A DNA stretch of 64,000 nucleotides from Octopus sinensis (GCF_006345805.1 NC_042998.1:197346001-197410000), one strand, 5' to 3'. Shown: positions 1 through 12,982, counted from the stretch's first letter. A program made the numbers and translations. Notes: generated by a model from the sequence alone, not told the origin.

Positions 1-108
1 TCCACCTACCCGCACCGCATACACTTGAAGGCCACTGATATGCCAGAACTCTACATCCTTAATACACATCATTTTTCAAAAACTTTGGTAGTTTGTAAAA
101 GCACCACT

Positions 109-141
<33 letters not shown>

Positions 142-646
142 AGGAGGAGAAGAAAACTGGGATGAAAGACCCAAACAGATTTCTTTGTAACATTTAGCCT
201 AGTGTCAAATAAAGAGGAGAGTGAGAGATATAATTAATTGCGGGGATATTGGCGGGAGGGGTACAGGCCAGGGATAACCAAGCGAAAGAGAACTCTGCAT
301 CTTCTTGGAAAATAAAGCTAGTCTAATGCCAACTGGTTACTTAAAGTCAGTCGTAAGTCACCTAACTACTACGCTAAACATGGGGCAGTTTCTTGTCCAG
401 CATATATTTAACTTATACCTTTATACCTATCTCTTCATCTTATTTCATTGGTTTTCTTTGCAGTGATAATCTTTTCCCCGTTAAATGTTACTGAAATTCT
501 GGGGTTATTCCTATTTCTACATTTCTGATATTATTTACCTGAGTCTTCTGGTCTTTGACCTTTAGGTCTAACTTTTCCTAAAGACTTTATTTAGAATGAT
601 TAGATTTACTTAGAAATATTAGATTTATTGCTAAATCAGCCATTAT

Positions 647-982
647 ATAATAATAATAATAATGAAATTATTGTATACAGTGCTCAGGTGCACCACAACT
701 TGTCAAAAGTGCATATAAAGCATGTGCAGTAATGTAAAAATGTCTGGAAAGCGAACAGTGTATGAGTCAGATACATGCTTGCGTGTGTATGGAGAGGAGA
801 GAAAATCAGGTGTAGTGTTGGCGAATCTCAGGAAGCATGGAAGTTTTGAAGGATGCTGTGCTCCAACAACTAACAACTGATGCCGGCAGTTTGTTCCATG
901 TTTCAGTAACTCTCAGCGTGAAAAAATGTTTCCTGAAGTCATGGGAGCTGTGCTGTTTTCGGACTTTGTAAATATGTCCACG
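647..982 (-). mobile_element. CR1-like LINE 3' end (same family as 45911-46500), internally deleted
   Basis: Near-identical to 45911-46210 and 46465-46500; lacks the middle ~255 bp. Confidence 0.8.
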
Positions 983-984
983 GT

Positions 985-1480
985 TGGTTCTTTATATTGA
1001 ATTCATCATTATCTTTTCTCTGAACATCTTCATCTTATCTGTTCTTGTTTGGAATACAGTAGTCACATTTGGGCTGCGATCCTTGCTGGTGTTCCCTTCT
1101 AAAATTATTTGTTCAGTTTTGGCAACCACTTCATCACCAAGACACTGCTTCTTTATTTTTGTTCTATACTCATTGTTCTGCTCAACTTTCACCCCCTGCA
1201 CCTCTTCTAAAGATTATTATTCAAACGACTCATCTTTTTGTTAATTCCCATCCTCTCATTATTGTGTTTCTATAAGAGTTGTTTTTATATTATACAAAAC
1301 TATTCCTTCTTGTTTTCCCAGACAAAGATTATCTTAATTCTTTTAACTCTTACTAGGTTTATGGTTATTAGGGCATCATCTAGTTCAATTTTTCTTTCTC
1401 ATTCTTTTGTCCCTCTCAACATATTAAGCAGTTGTTTAAGGTCTGTATTGCTTTCCGCCTTGACAGGAATGACTTAAGAA
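985..1480 (-). mobile_element. Possible heavily decayed LINE ORF2 linker region
   Basis: Lys/Glu-rich broken frames (EYRTKIKKQCLGD..EGNTSK); weak resemblance only. Confidence 0.25.
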
Positions 1481-2579
1481 CTTTCCTAATTTAAGAAAGT
1501 AGATATGATATGGAGGAGATTTGGCTTCTATTTTTAGTAGCAGAACAACTGAGTACATTGTGTCAGCACTGCTTGATCAGATATATTCTTATATGAATAA
1601 GATCTATTTCTGTTTGGATTTCACTTTTCAGTTCCTTTAATTTTCTTCCAAACAGGAAGGATCCTACAAGTGCAAATATTTGCCATTAATGTTTATAGAA
1701 ATACATAGGAAACTACAAAAATTTGACGTCAGTCAGCTAGGAAAGTTTGTGTATGGGTAACGAGTTAGGATTGGTATTCTTGGTGGAGTTGGTGAGTCTG
1801 AGAAAACCCTAGATATGATGCAAGTGGCCACTTAGAGCTCAGTGGATTGGTTTAAGGGGTAATCTTATGTCCACTCTACTCAGCAGATATTTCACCCAAG
1901 GTTTAGGAGCAGCAGCAATAAATAACCAGAAACTCAGACACATTCACTGAAACCTGTAAACTTCAGAATTCTATTGTAGTGTTATTCACTGGCACTAACA
2001 ATACCTACTACTATAACTACTACATCTTAGAGATGAAACTGGAAACCTCTTGATCACTGATGGATTTTTGAAGCTTAGTGTTCCAACAGGAAACAAAGGA
2101 TTTTACTAAGATTTTAATGTAGCAGGTATTAGATATATAATCCCCAATTTGAGACAGAAAGTACTAACAAATTCAGTGATGACACTTGAAATACACATCA
2201 CTCTTTAATCCTTTTGAGAAACAGTATTTTTGGTTGGTTGAGATTGTATTTGATGGATGCATGTGGAAAACAATGGATAAAGTGCCAAAAACTACTTTGT
2301 TAGTATGTAATACTATATATATTGTGTAGTTTTATATTATATCTACTGAAAAGGTGATCCCTAATAAATGTTTGTTTCATTGGGCTGATGTATCACATGG
2401 GCCCCGGGTGTCACAAGAAAGTTAAATGACAGATATATGCTTCATGTTCTCTTGGTTGACCCGTTGCTCTTTTCTGCTTTGAATTTGTCTTCACAAATAT
2501 ATAAGGACTATATTTTTCACATTTCTCATTATAATCAAATCAGGCAATAGATGGCAGAATAAGTCGAGTAATAAGAAAG

Positions 2580-2873
2580 AAACAATTGCAGCATGGAAGG
2601 TGTTAATAAGCCATTTAAGAAACACACAAAACCCGTTAGATTCACTTCAACATTTAAATTTAATTTGTCAAAATATTTTCGTCGCTTTGAAACCATGATC
2701 TGTTCACTGACAAAATTCCGAGATGCAGCATAGAGTTTTGTCAGTGAACAGGTCGAGATCTCAAAGCGACGAAAATATTTTGACAAATTAAATTTAAAAG
2801 CTGAAGTGAATCGAACGGCTTTTGTGTGTTTCTTAAATGGCTTATAAACAACCTTCCACGCTGCAATTGTTTT
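2580..2873. repeat. Long imperfect palindrome (fold-back MITE-like)
   Basis: About 135-bp arms are reverse complements (e.g. aaatttaatttgtcaaaatattttcgtcgctttga / tcaaagcgacgaaaatattttgacaaattaaattt); short central loop near 2718-2732. Confidence 0.85.
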
Positions 2874-3945
2874 CGTTCCAGCACACGATCTCAGATCAGG
2901 TCACTTGCTATGCAAGTACATCTCCGAAATAAAGAAATAGTCTGTGGTAATTAGGCACATCCCAATATTCTGAGTTTAAATCCCAGCAGAATCAACTTTG
3001 CATTTCATCCTTACAAGAACAGATAACAAGTACAGTCAAATACCGTTATTGATATGATCTTCTTGTGAGAAATCATTGTTATTAAATATTAAAATATTGT
3101 AATATTCTAATATTAGTCAAGGCAGCAAACTGGTAGAATCACTACTGGCACTGGAAAAAATGCTTAGTGGCATATCTTCCAACTTTATGTTCTGAGTTCA
3201 AATGCTGCTAGGGTTGATAACACATGTACCAGTTGAACACTAGGGTTTGATTATTACATCGACTCCCAACCCCCACAGAAATTGCTGGCCTTGTGCCAAC
3301 ATTTGAAACAATTACTATTGATAGATCAGATATAGTCTGCAGAGAGGTTTGTAGATATGGTAGTGCCATAGTAGCAGGAGTGAAATAATAACTACACAAA
3401 GAACTGGGCAGAAATAATATGGAAAGGAAGAAAGGAGGGAGAAGATGAGAGGAAAAGTGAGGAGAATTCTACCCATCAGGCACACACCCAAAATTGACCA
3501 TATGAGAAACAAGGTATTTGAAGAAAGGATGGGAGTACATTTAACAGGAAATTCAGAAGAGTGTGGAAAGTTCTTTAACTGAAAGTTCCACGCCCAGCAT
3601 CAAGTAGGCACATCCTTTGACAATTCTTCCTCTCCTTTGTATGAAGCCATCTCACATTGATATACACTTGTAAGTAGTGGGTTGAGTTTAAAAATCAGTC
3701 AACAGAAAGACCACAATTGACAGCCCATGGGTTAAATTGTTCTGTAAATTCAGACATTTGCACAATCAGTGGAATAAGATAGGTGACCCATTGCCAACAG
3801 TAAACAACTAATCTGTTTCACAGGTAATCAGAGCAATGATAGCAAGATCTTACTCAAGGAAGGATTTAAACAGAGTACTGCTAGGAATAGTAATCCAGAA
3901 ATGTAAACCTCCAGCTAGTCATGAAATCATGGTCCTTCTGGATTC

Positions 3946-4452
3946 ATCATCATCATCATCATCATCGTTTAACGTCCACTTTCCATGCTAGCATGGGTTG
4001 GACGATTTTGACTGAGGGCTGGTGAACCAGACGGTCACACCAGGCTCCAATCTTGATCTGGCAGAGTTTCTACAGCTGGATGCCCTTCATAACACCAACC
4101 ACTCTGAGAGTGTAGTCGGTGCTTTTTATGTGCCACCGGCATGGGGCCAGTCAGGCGGTACTGGCAACGACCTCGCTCAAATCTTTTTAGGCATTCCACT
4201 GGCACAGGTGCCAGTAAGGCGACGTTGGTAACGATCACACTCGAATGGTGCCCTTTTACATGCCACCAGCATGGAAGCCAGCTGGCTGCTCTGGCAATGA
4301 TCATGCTCGGATGGTGTTCTTAGCACCCTACTAGCACGGGGCACAAGTGCCAGTAAGGCGACACCGGTAACGATCACACTCAAATGGTGCCCTTTTATGT
4401 TCTACTGGCACAGAAGCTGGTTAGCCACTCTGTTAACGATCACCCTCGTATG
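3946..4452 (-). mobile_element. Family C: RTE 3'-UTR-derived retroposon with GTGCC-N3-GGCAC modules and a (GAT)n tail
   Basis: Tail ..gttaggaagggcatccagctgtagaaac..ccatgctagcatggaaag..gttaaacgatgatgat is shared with the RTE at 63016. Confidence 0.85.
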
Positions 4453-4639
4453 GTGATTATATTAATGTTAATTAGTTGTAGGATAAAAGGGAAACAGGTG
4501 ACAGTGTAGCTGCTCACTCTCAAATTGGTGAGTTAGTTAACTGTCATGGATGTTCAGTTTGAATTGTGAGGAGGTAGATGCCTGTGGGGGGAAAATGAAG
4601 AAAAGGAATGAGTCCCAGAGGGAAGGGCTGGATGAAGTA

Positions 4640-4740
4640 ACAGGACCTCCGTAATGCTATGATGGACCGTGAAGTCTGGCGTAACATGGTAAATTCCATT
4701 GTCTCGACCACAGTCGAACAACGATGACGATGATGATGGC
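4640..4740 (+). mobile_element. 3' tip of a second RTE-type LINE family
   Basis: DLRNAMMDREVWRNMVNSIVSTTVEQ followed by (GAT)n. Confidence 0.55.
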
Positions 4741-4747
4741 ATATATG

Positions 4748-4980
4748 AGGTTCGAGCTGGCAGAAATGTTAGCACGCCGGGCGAAATGCTTAGCGGTATT
4801 TCGTCTGCCGTTACGTTCTGAGTTCAAATTCCGCCGAGGTCAACTCTGCCTTTCATCCTTTCGGGCTCGATAAATAAAGTATCGGTTACGCACTGGGGTC
4901 GATGTAATCGACTTAATCCCTTCGTCTGTCCTTGTTTGTCCCCTCTATGTTTAGCCCCTTTGTGGGTAGTAAAGAAATAT
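4748..4980 (+). mobile_element. SINE family B monomer
   Basis: Head gagctggcagaa..gagttcaaattccg (B-box), central gcctttcatcctttcggg..gataaa..gtac (resembles the conserved central domain of MetaSINE-type elements), tail gccccttgtgggtagtaaagaaata. Confidence 0.85.
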
Positions 4981-5499
4981 ATATGAGGTTAAATAACGTG
5001 TGTGTGTGTGTGGAGAGGGGGAGGGAGGGAGAGAGAGAAAGAATTCTGCAGAAACCACAGCAAGTGTATGTATACACCTGACTACAAAAAGTACACATCA
5101 GAAGATACAGTTATAGAAAGGAAATTGTAATGATTCAGAATAAACTAAGTCACACACACACACAGAAACTACCATTCCACCCCAATGTTTCTTTTATCCC
5201 TCAATCTCCTTCAACCACCCTCAACTTAGAATTGCAATTATCAAAAATTTATTGAATAAAAAAGGAAGGGAGAAAAGAGTGAATCAATTCTGGAGGAAAA
5301 AAATTCCGAACACCTACACTGCAGGATGGAAGTGGAAGAGGCTGAGGAGTGAGTAGTGGCTGCCATGGTGATCTGATGTCAACATGACTAATCCATCTGT
5401 TAATCAGCGGAGGGGGGTTGGGGTTGGGGGGGTTGGAGATGGAGAGGGAGAGTAACGGTGTAATTAAAATACTTTAAACACACCAGCTGACTGACTATT

Positions 5500-5885
5500 G
5501 AACGAGGAAGGAATAGAAAGACAAATAGCCAGATGGATAGACAAATACACAAGGATACAGAGAGAGAGGGAGAGAAAGAGGGAGAGAGAGAAAGAGAGGG
5601 GGAGGGAGAAAGAGAGGGAGAGACAGAAAGACAAATAGCCATATGGATAGACAAATATACACGGATACAGAGAGAGAAAGAGGGATGGAGAGAGGGAGAG
5701 AGAGAAAGAGAAAGACAAATATACAAGGATACAGAGAGAGAGAGAGGGAGAGAGAGAAAGAGAGGGAGAGAGAGAAAGACAAATAGCCAGATGGATAGAC
5801 AAATATACACGGATACAGAAAGAAAGGGATGGAGAGAGAGGGAGAGAGAGAAAGAGGGAGAGAGAGAAAGAGGGAAAGGGAGAGA
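5500..5885 (+). repeat. Compound minisatellite: ~85-110-bp units of gaaagacaaatagccagatggatagacaaatatacacggatacag plus (GA)-rich spacer
   Basis: Unit core at about 5516, 5626, 5711 (partial) and 5774. Confidence 0.85.
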
Positions 5886-6044
5886 TTAGCAATACTAAGG
5901 TAGCCTAAGGTGTCCTCACTGGGACTAAAAACACCTCATAACACCACTGGTCACTTGTCAGCATCTTTAGAGAGTGACAAACGAGAATGATGGAGATTAG
6001 AGGGATCTGTGATAAGAGTACTCAGAATTACACAGATACATACA

Positions 6045-6440
6045 CTAGCAGAATCGCCCGGCATTGCTCAAGTTTGTTTTGACCCTTTAGAATTGGAATT
6101 TTTGAAAAGTAAAAATTTTGCATTATGTAGCTTGTTATTCTCTTTAAGTGAACATTTTTTCTGGTTGAAATACACTGCAAAATGGCCACACAGCAGTCAA
6201 AAAATCGTAAAAAAATAGGGATTTTCATAGAAAAAAAGCACCTTTTTGATGTAAATAATTTTTGGTCTTAACATGGTCCAATTTGAATTTTATCTTCTAT
6301 GGAATGAAGAGCAAGCCTTCTTCTATCATACTCTCAATTTTGGTCAACTTGCGCCGCAGGGTCTCGGAGGAGATAGTGTTAGTTGAAGGCTACCAAACCT
6401 GCCACACACACAGACAACTTCAACTTTATATATAAAGAGA
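6045..6440 (-). mobile_element. Non-autonomous Helitron
   Basis: 5' A|TC..TATATAAAG and 3' CCGGGC-type hairpin then CTAG|T; similar to 23263-23656. Confidence 0.75.
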
Positions 6441-6960
6441 TACATCATTTAACATTAGTTTTCCATGCTAGCATGGGTTAGACCTATCTCTCTCACACAC
6501 ACACACACATATATGTATATATCGGAATGAGATAGTTTGGTACAGCTGCTTCGATGCAGATGATCTGGAACAGCTAATCAAACATCCAGCCCATTTTAGT
6601 GATGGTACTTGTGATAGAGGTAGGTACATACACACACACACACAGAAATATACACAGTTGTGTGAATTAGATTTATTGATGAGACAAGTCTTGCCGTGAA
6701 AACTAAAACGAAAAGGGATGAAACAAAGATCCCTCTACGTAAACAATACATGTAGACATTCACCATTGCGCTGTTGGCAGAACATGACAGGTAACTTAAC
6801 ATGGATAAGCTAACGGTCTATTATGATTAGGTAGGAGTATAGTCAATTATCTTAACCTTGGTATATGACTAGTACATTATATTACCAGACTGGGAAACAC
6901 CAAGGGCTAAACTCTCAGTGGAATTTGAACTCAGTAAACATTGATTTGAAATAGAAACAT

Positions 6961-7348
6961 AGGCGCAGGAGTGGCTGTGTGGTAAGTAGCTTGCTTACCA
7001 ACCACATGGTTCCGGGTTCAGTCCCACTGCGTGATATCTTAGGTAAGTGTCTTCTACTATAGCCTCGGGCCGACTAAAGCCTTGTGAGTGGATTTGGTAG
7101 ACAGAAACTGAAAGAAGCCCGTCGTATATATGTATATATATATATGTATGTTTGTGTCTGTCCCCCTAGCATTGCTTGACAACCGATGTTGGTGTGTTTA
7201 TGTCCCCGTCACTTAGCGGTTCGGCAATAGAGACCAATAGAATAAGTACTGGGCTTACAAAGAATAAGTCCCGGGGTCGATTTGCTCGACTAAAGGCGGT
7301 GCTCCAGCATGGCCGCAGTCAAATGACAAACAAGTAAAAGAGAGAGAG
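6961..7348 (+). mobile_element. tRNA-derived SINE family A
   Basis: A-box (tgtgtggtaag) and B-box (gggttcagtccc) head, internal (TA)n(TG)n, tail ..ccagcatggccgcagtcaaatgac..aaaagag. Confidence 0.9.
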
Positions 7349-7931
7349 TATACAACTAACAAACTGTATAATCCAACTATGGAGCCTCTATGTTGTCATT
7401 TGGCCTGCTAGAAAGAGCTGCCAAATCCACCTAAAATCACACAATCTTAAAAATGGAAGGATGCTTTTGGGTATGTATTTCTAGATGGATTATGTAACGA
7501 AATGGGTTAGAGTTAGAATGTCTTTGCTTAGAGAACAGCTGGATCACGACCGAGCTGGAGCTTAACAACAGACAGATCACACAATGAACAAGTGTGTGTG
7601 TGTACAGTAGCCTCAAATCTATGAGAATTGTGATAGTATTCAGGGGTAGTAGTCCCTTAGATTCTTATCTGGCATTTGAAGGTCTGGCTGTGAGCCACAG
7701 CTCGGAGTAAAGGAAAGAATAGTAACAACCACTTGTAGACACATATGGACAAATATCTAATAAATATTACTAACATTCCATCCATGCCACTGTCACTGAA
7801 ATTAACACACCACTAACACAACCAGCCATACCACACCAGTAATCACCAATGACATTTTAATCACAACGTAAACTAAAAATATAACTCCTTGATGAAATCT
7901 AAAATTAGCCATTTAATTACTTTAATTAATT

Positions 7932-7977
<46 letters not shown>

Positions 7978-8066
7978 CTAAAATTATCCATTTAATTACT
8001 TTAATTATATATATGTGTATAGAAAGAAGTGGTGGTAGTCGTCAAGATGTTGTGGTTGCATACAGT

Positions 8067-8239
8067 AGGCACAGGAGTGGCTGTGTGGTAAGTAGCTTGC
8101 TAACCAGCCACATGGTTCTGGGTTCAGTCCCACTGCGTGGCATCTTGGGCCAAGTGTCTTCTACTATAGCTCCGGGCCGACCAATGCCTTGTGAGTGGAT
8201 TTGGTAGACGGAAACTGAAAGAAGCCTGTCGTATATAAT

Positions 8240-8270
<31 letters not shown>

Positions 8271-8451
8271 CTGTGTTTGTCCCCCTAGCATTGCTTGACA
8301 ACCGATGCTGGTGTGTTTACGTCCCTGTCACTTAGCGGTTCGGCAATAGAGACCGATAGAATAAGTACTGGGCTTACAAAGAATAAGTCCCGGGGTCGAT
8401 TTGCTCGACTAAAGGCGGTGCTCCAGCATGGCCGCAGTCAAGTAAAAGAGT
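8067..8451 (+). mobile_element. SINE A
   Basis: Full-length match to the family. Confidence 0.9.
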
Positions 8452-8778
8452 AGTTTTAAAGATGCTAGGCATATGGCTGTGTGTAGTGTATATAAGGTTT
8501 CCATAAGTAGGTATATATATATATATATATATATATTCATTGAAGCAATGTGAGAAAGTGGGTGTCCTTCGTTATCTGCGTGTGTGCATATATGTGTTCA
8601 TACTTCGTTATTTGCACGTGTTCCATTGTATTTAAGCACGTGTATGGCAGTATGTGTATGTTTGAGCGACAGAGAGATTGAAAGGATGTGTATTGTGTGT
8701 GTATTATTAGCTGTAAATTTGGGGCCCCTTAAGCAATAATCACATATCCAGAGCAGATGCAGTCTAATATCACATTAA

Positions 8779-9412
8779 CCCTTTAGTATTCAGATTATTC
8801 TACCAAACGTGATGCTGGTTTATTCACGTTGCATTGAATTAATCCTGCATTATCTCATAGCTGTGAGATTTCTGCGATGTGACTCTCTTACTCTTTTACT
8901 TGTTTCAGTCATTTGACTGCGGCCATGCTGGAGCACCGCCTTTAGTCGAGCAAATCGACCCCGGCACTTATTCTTTTGTAAGCCCAGTATTTATTCTATC
9001 GGTCTCTTTTGCCAAACCACTAAGTGACGGGGACGTAAACACACCAGCATCGGTTGTCAAGCAATGCTAGGGGGACAAACACAGACACACAAACACACAC
9101 ATACGTATACATATATATATATATACATATATACGACAGGCTTCTTTCAGTTTCCGTCTACCAAACCCACTCACAAGGCTTTGGTCGGCCCGGGGCTATA
9201 GCAGAAGACACTTGCCCAAGATGCCATGGAGCGGGACAGAACCCGGAACCATGTGGTTGGTTAGCAAGCTACTTACCACACAGCCACTCCTGTGCCTACT
9301 TTACTTTGGGAATAATATTGTAGGATAGGGTAAGAGGCTGGATCTGACTGGCCGTGAACAAAAAGGAGGTAAACTATTTAGGCTGGATATGGCAGGTTTA
9401 AATGCTAAACAC
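8779..9412. mobile_element. Diverged MITE F interrupted by SINE A (8884-9297)
   Basis: Starts TTAA|CCCTTTAGTATTCAG; homology resumes after the SINE. Confidence 0.65.
8884..9297 (-). mobile_element. SINE A (inside MITE F)
   Basis: Full-length match to the family. Confidence 0.9.
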
Positions 9413-9681
9413 CTCTTTGTATAAAAATAATCATAATAGAAATACAAGTCCTATAAAAACTGAAATAAGTAAGGCATAAAATAAAAAATGTGTCCAGACA
9501 TGTATAGGCATATTGTAACATAATTTCTTTCAGATATTAGAGCTTATATAATAGTTTATAGAACAAAACACAGCCAGAATACAAACTGTACATGTGGATT
9601 GGATGTACAGCATACAGGGTACATTGTTGTTGCTGTTTAACTTCAGGTAGACCCTGTCCAAGAAAGCAGGGTATGATTTAA

Positions 9682-9900
9682 CCCTTTAGTGTTCAGATTA
9701 TTCTATCAAACATAATGCTTATTGATTCCCATTGATTTGAATTAATCATGCATTATCTCATATCTTCAAGATCTTGATGGTGTAATTACTTAATGTAGAA
9801 TAACATTGTAGGGTAGGTGTGAGGGCCTGGATCTGGTCAGTTTGAACATAAAACAGATTAAATATTTTGGCCAGATATGGCCGGTTTAAATACTAAAGGG
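9682..9900. mobile_element. piggyBac-type MITE family F
   Basis: TTAA|CCCTTTAGT..ACTAAAGGG|TTAA; near-identical to 14967-15185. Confidence 0.88.
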
Positions 9901-10309
9901 TTAAGGGAGATATAGCTGTTATAGTTGTTACCATTTGTAGCAACCGTATAGATTGTGTTTAACATAATTACTTTAGCTTTTGGTGGTTATAACAGTTGAT
10001 AGTATAAAACACAAACTAATGCACCCAGTCCTTCTTCCTGTGATCTCTCTGATCATTGAGCAACTATGAAGGCCATGGCCATAATCCCTTCATTTGAAAC
10101 AATGCTAGATAGAAGGAAATACACTCCTCATAATGCGTGCCTCCCCAATAGTGACAAGAAAAAACAGTTGTGGTCATAGTAAGACATTTCCTTTTTATGT
10201 TGCGTAGAAAGCTTGCCAATGTTGTACCTAAAAAATACCCCACCTCAAAAAAAAAAAACACATTGAGGATTACAATTGTTATATGCACAAACTGGAGGCT
10301 GTTAGTATG

Positions 10310-10696
10310 GGAATGGAAGCACTCCGTCGGTTACGACGACGAGGGTTCCGGTTGATCCGAATCAACGGAACAGACTGCTCGTGAAATTAACGTGTAAGTG
10401 GCTGAGCACTCCACAGACACGTGTACCCTTAACGTAGTTCTCGGGGATATTCAGCGTGACACAGAGAGTGACAAGGCCGGCCCTTTGAAATACAGGTACA
10501 ACAGAAACAGGAAGTAAGAGTGAGAGAAAGTTGTGGCGAAAGAGTACAGCAGGGATCACCACCATCCCTGCCGGAGCCTCGTGGAGCTTTTAGGTGTTTT
10601 CGCTCAATAAACACTCACAACGCCCGGTCTGGGAGTCGAAACCGCGATCCTACGACCGCGAGTCCGCTGCCCTAACCACTGGGCCATTGCGCCTAA
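10310..10696 (-). mobile_element. tRNA-derived SINE family D, tail type 1
   Basis: Head ggcgcaatggcccagtggttagggcagcggactcgcggtcgtaggatcgcggtttcga; 13-bp TSD aggctgttagtat (10296-10308 / 10697-10709). Confidence 0.9.
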
Positions 10697-11309
10697 AGGC
10701 TGTTAGTATACTGTGGAGGAGAAGAGGGCTGCCATACACCATTACTAATTTCCCCAAATTTCTATTTTGTTTTGTTTTATTTCCATTTACTGTAACCTAC
10801 TAACTGTTCAATGTTTTTTAGTTGGAGTTAATTAGTTAATTAGTTGTATGACTGTATGATTAGTCAGTCACAGATAAACAAACATGCAGACCGGATTCCT
10901 GCTGCCTGCCCTCGTTTACCCTACAGATGTTTAGGCTGGGCACTGACCACATCTATCTCAACCACTCTAAAAAGGCTTGAAACGGTTGTCAGTACTAACT
11001 ACATCTCCTCCTCCTCTGACTAACTTGCAAACAAAACAACAATAATGTATCAAAGGAAATATTGAGTGAAAACAATCCCAAAATAGTTTTTTGTTAAACC
11101 ATAAAAATAGCAACAAAGAAATTAGCAATCTCTCCATTCTCTTGTTCTCATTTAAATTGTATGTAAATTCATTTGTTCAGCTGATAAACAGAACTTCATT
11201 CCCACCAAAAATTTTAATTACATAATCCAGAAAAAAAAAAAAAAAGATCTAATATTTGCCAAACCATAAGCTTATATCTGTAATGATTAAGCAAGGCACT
11301 AAAAAGTAT

Positions 11310-11368
11310 CTTTACTCTTTTACTTGTTTCAGTCATTTGACTGCGGCCATGCTGGAGCACCGCCTTTA
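11310..11368 (-). mobile_element. SINE A 3' tail fragment
   Basis: 59-nt match to the family tail. Confidence 0.75.
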
Positions 11369-12339
11369 ACGAAGTTATCAGTGTATTTCTTCAGCCCCTT
11401 GCTTGCGACAATGTGGACTGTGTTAACAGAACGATAACCAATAAAATCTGGTATTGATGATGTTCAGAAACAATCTTCATCAACAATCCTAAAATAGTTC
11501 TTTGTAGTGAATAAGACAGTAACAATCTCTCCACCTTCTTGTTTTCCTTTAGTTTGCAAAGAATCCAGCTTTTTCCACCTTCACACACAAAACCCTTTTA
11601 ATCTTTATAGAACTTCTTGACATATCCCAGTTCAATGAAAATCGTTACAAAGCACTCACCCCAAAGGCTACACATGCAGGTCTTTCAACTTAACACATGT
11701 CAACATGGGCTTTGTTTTAAAAATTATCCAAAATTATTTGGACAGTGGTGACAGGCAGTTGTTGATTAGCAGTCCGATATAACCGGATATATATAGAATA
11801 ACAAATTCCTTGGTTAGCTATTTAATTCTTATTTCTTGAACTGAGATTGAAACAGGTTTATAGTTATCTTTTGCCTGCAGACCAAGATTAAACTTTCTAC
11901 TAAGCACACTAATTTCTGGAAATTATCTTCCCTTTTCCTTCAGAGTCACTAACAAACGTTGCCAGCTGTTTCAATCTTTCTGCAATTAAGAGGGAGATAT
12001 CAGTTGAGAATGTTTTTGCATTCAGCATCAAGTACATGACGCTTTATTTCATGTAAAATGTTGACACACAGACTAAGTAGTGTGAAGTCATTTAAGAAGT
12101 TAAAATAGCATCTTAATAGGAACTATTTCATAAAATCCTATGGAATGAGCATATAGAACACATATGCATACAAAGAAGATGTATATAGTTTTATGTTATA
12201 CATGGAAAGCCTGAAAAAATCTGTAATATGCATAGGTAGCAGTATGGTTAAGGAGTTCATGTAACAGATCCCTGCCCTGTTGGGATTATTCATACATGAA
12301 ATAACTGACAAATACTTTCCACAACTTAAAGTATATATA

Positions 12340-12570
12340 TTTCTTTACTACCCACAAGGGGCTAAACATAGAGGGGACAAACAAGGACAGACAAAGGGAT
12401 TAAGTCGATTACATCGACCCCAGTGCGTAACTGGTACTTAATTTATTGACCCTGAAAGGATGAAAGGCAAAGTCGACCTCGGCAGAATTTGAACTCAGAA
12501 CGTAATGGCAGACGAAATATGGCTATGCATTTCACCCGTTGTGCTAAAGGTTCTGCCAGCTCGCCGCCTT
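12340..12570 (-). mobile_element. SINE B monomer
   Basis: Full-length match to the family. Confidence 0.85.
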
Positions 12571-12982
12571 AGAAATTAGTGTGCTTAGCAGAAAGTTTAA
12601 TCTTGGTTTGCAGGCAAAAGTATATAGTAGAAACAGAGCTTGACATTATGACCATGTGGTCAATAACTCAGCACTTCATCACACACAGAGGCATAAACAA
12701 TATGTCATCATTTAACGTCCGTTTTTCCATGCTGGTATGGGTAAGACGATTTGTGAGAGGGTCAAATTAATGCTATAAATTACAGGCATTTCCCATGTTG
12801 TGGCTGCTTCAAATTTACCGGATTTCCTGTTTAAGGAAACTCAGGTGGATTTAATTCTAAAAACTACTTTCTTCATAGCAAAAGGTTGCTTCTTGGTGTT
12901 TCACCTAAAATTCAAGTACAGTCAGCGACCTGAAAACTACAGTCGTGTTTCTGTGTCTGTGTGTATGTGGTTTATGCAAGTG

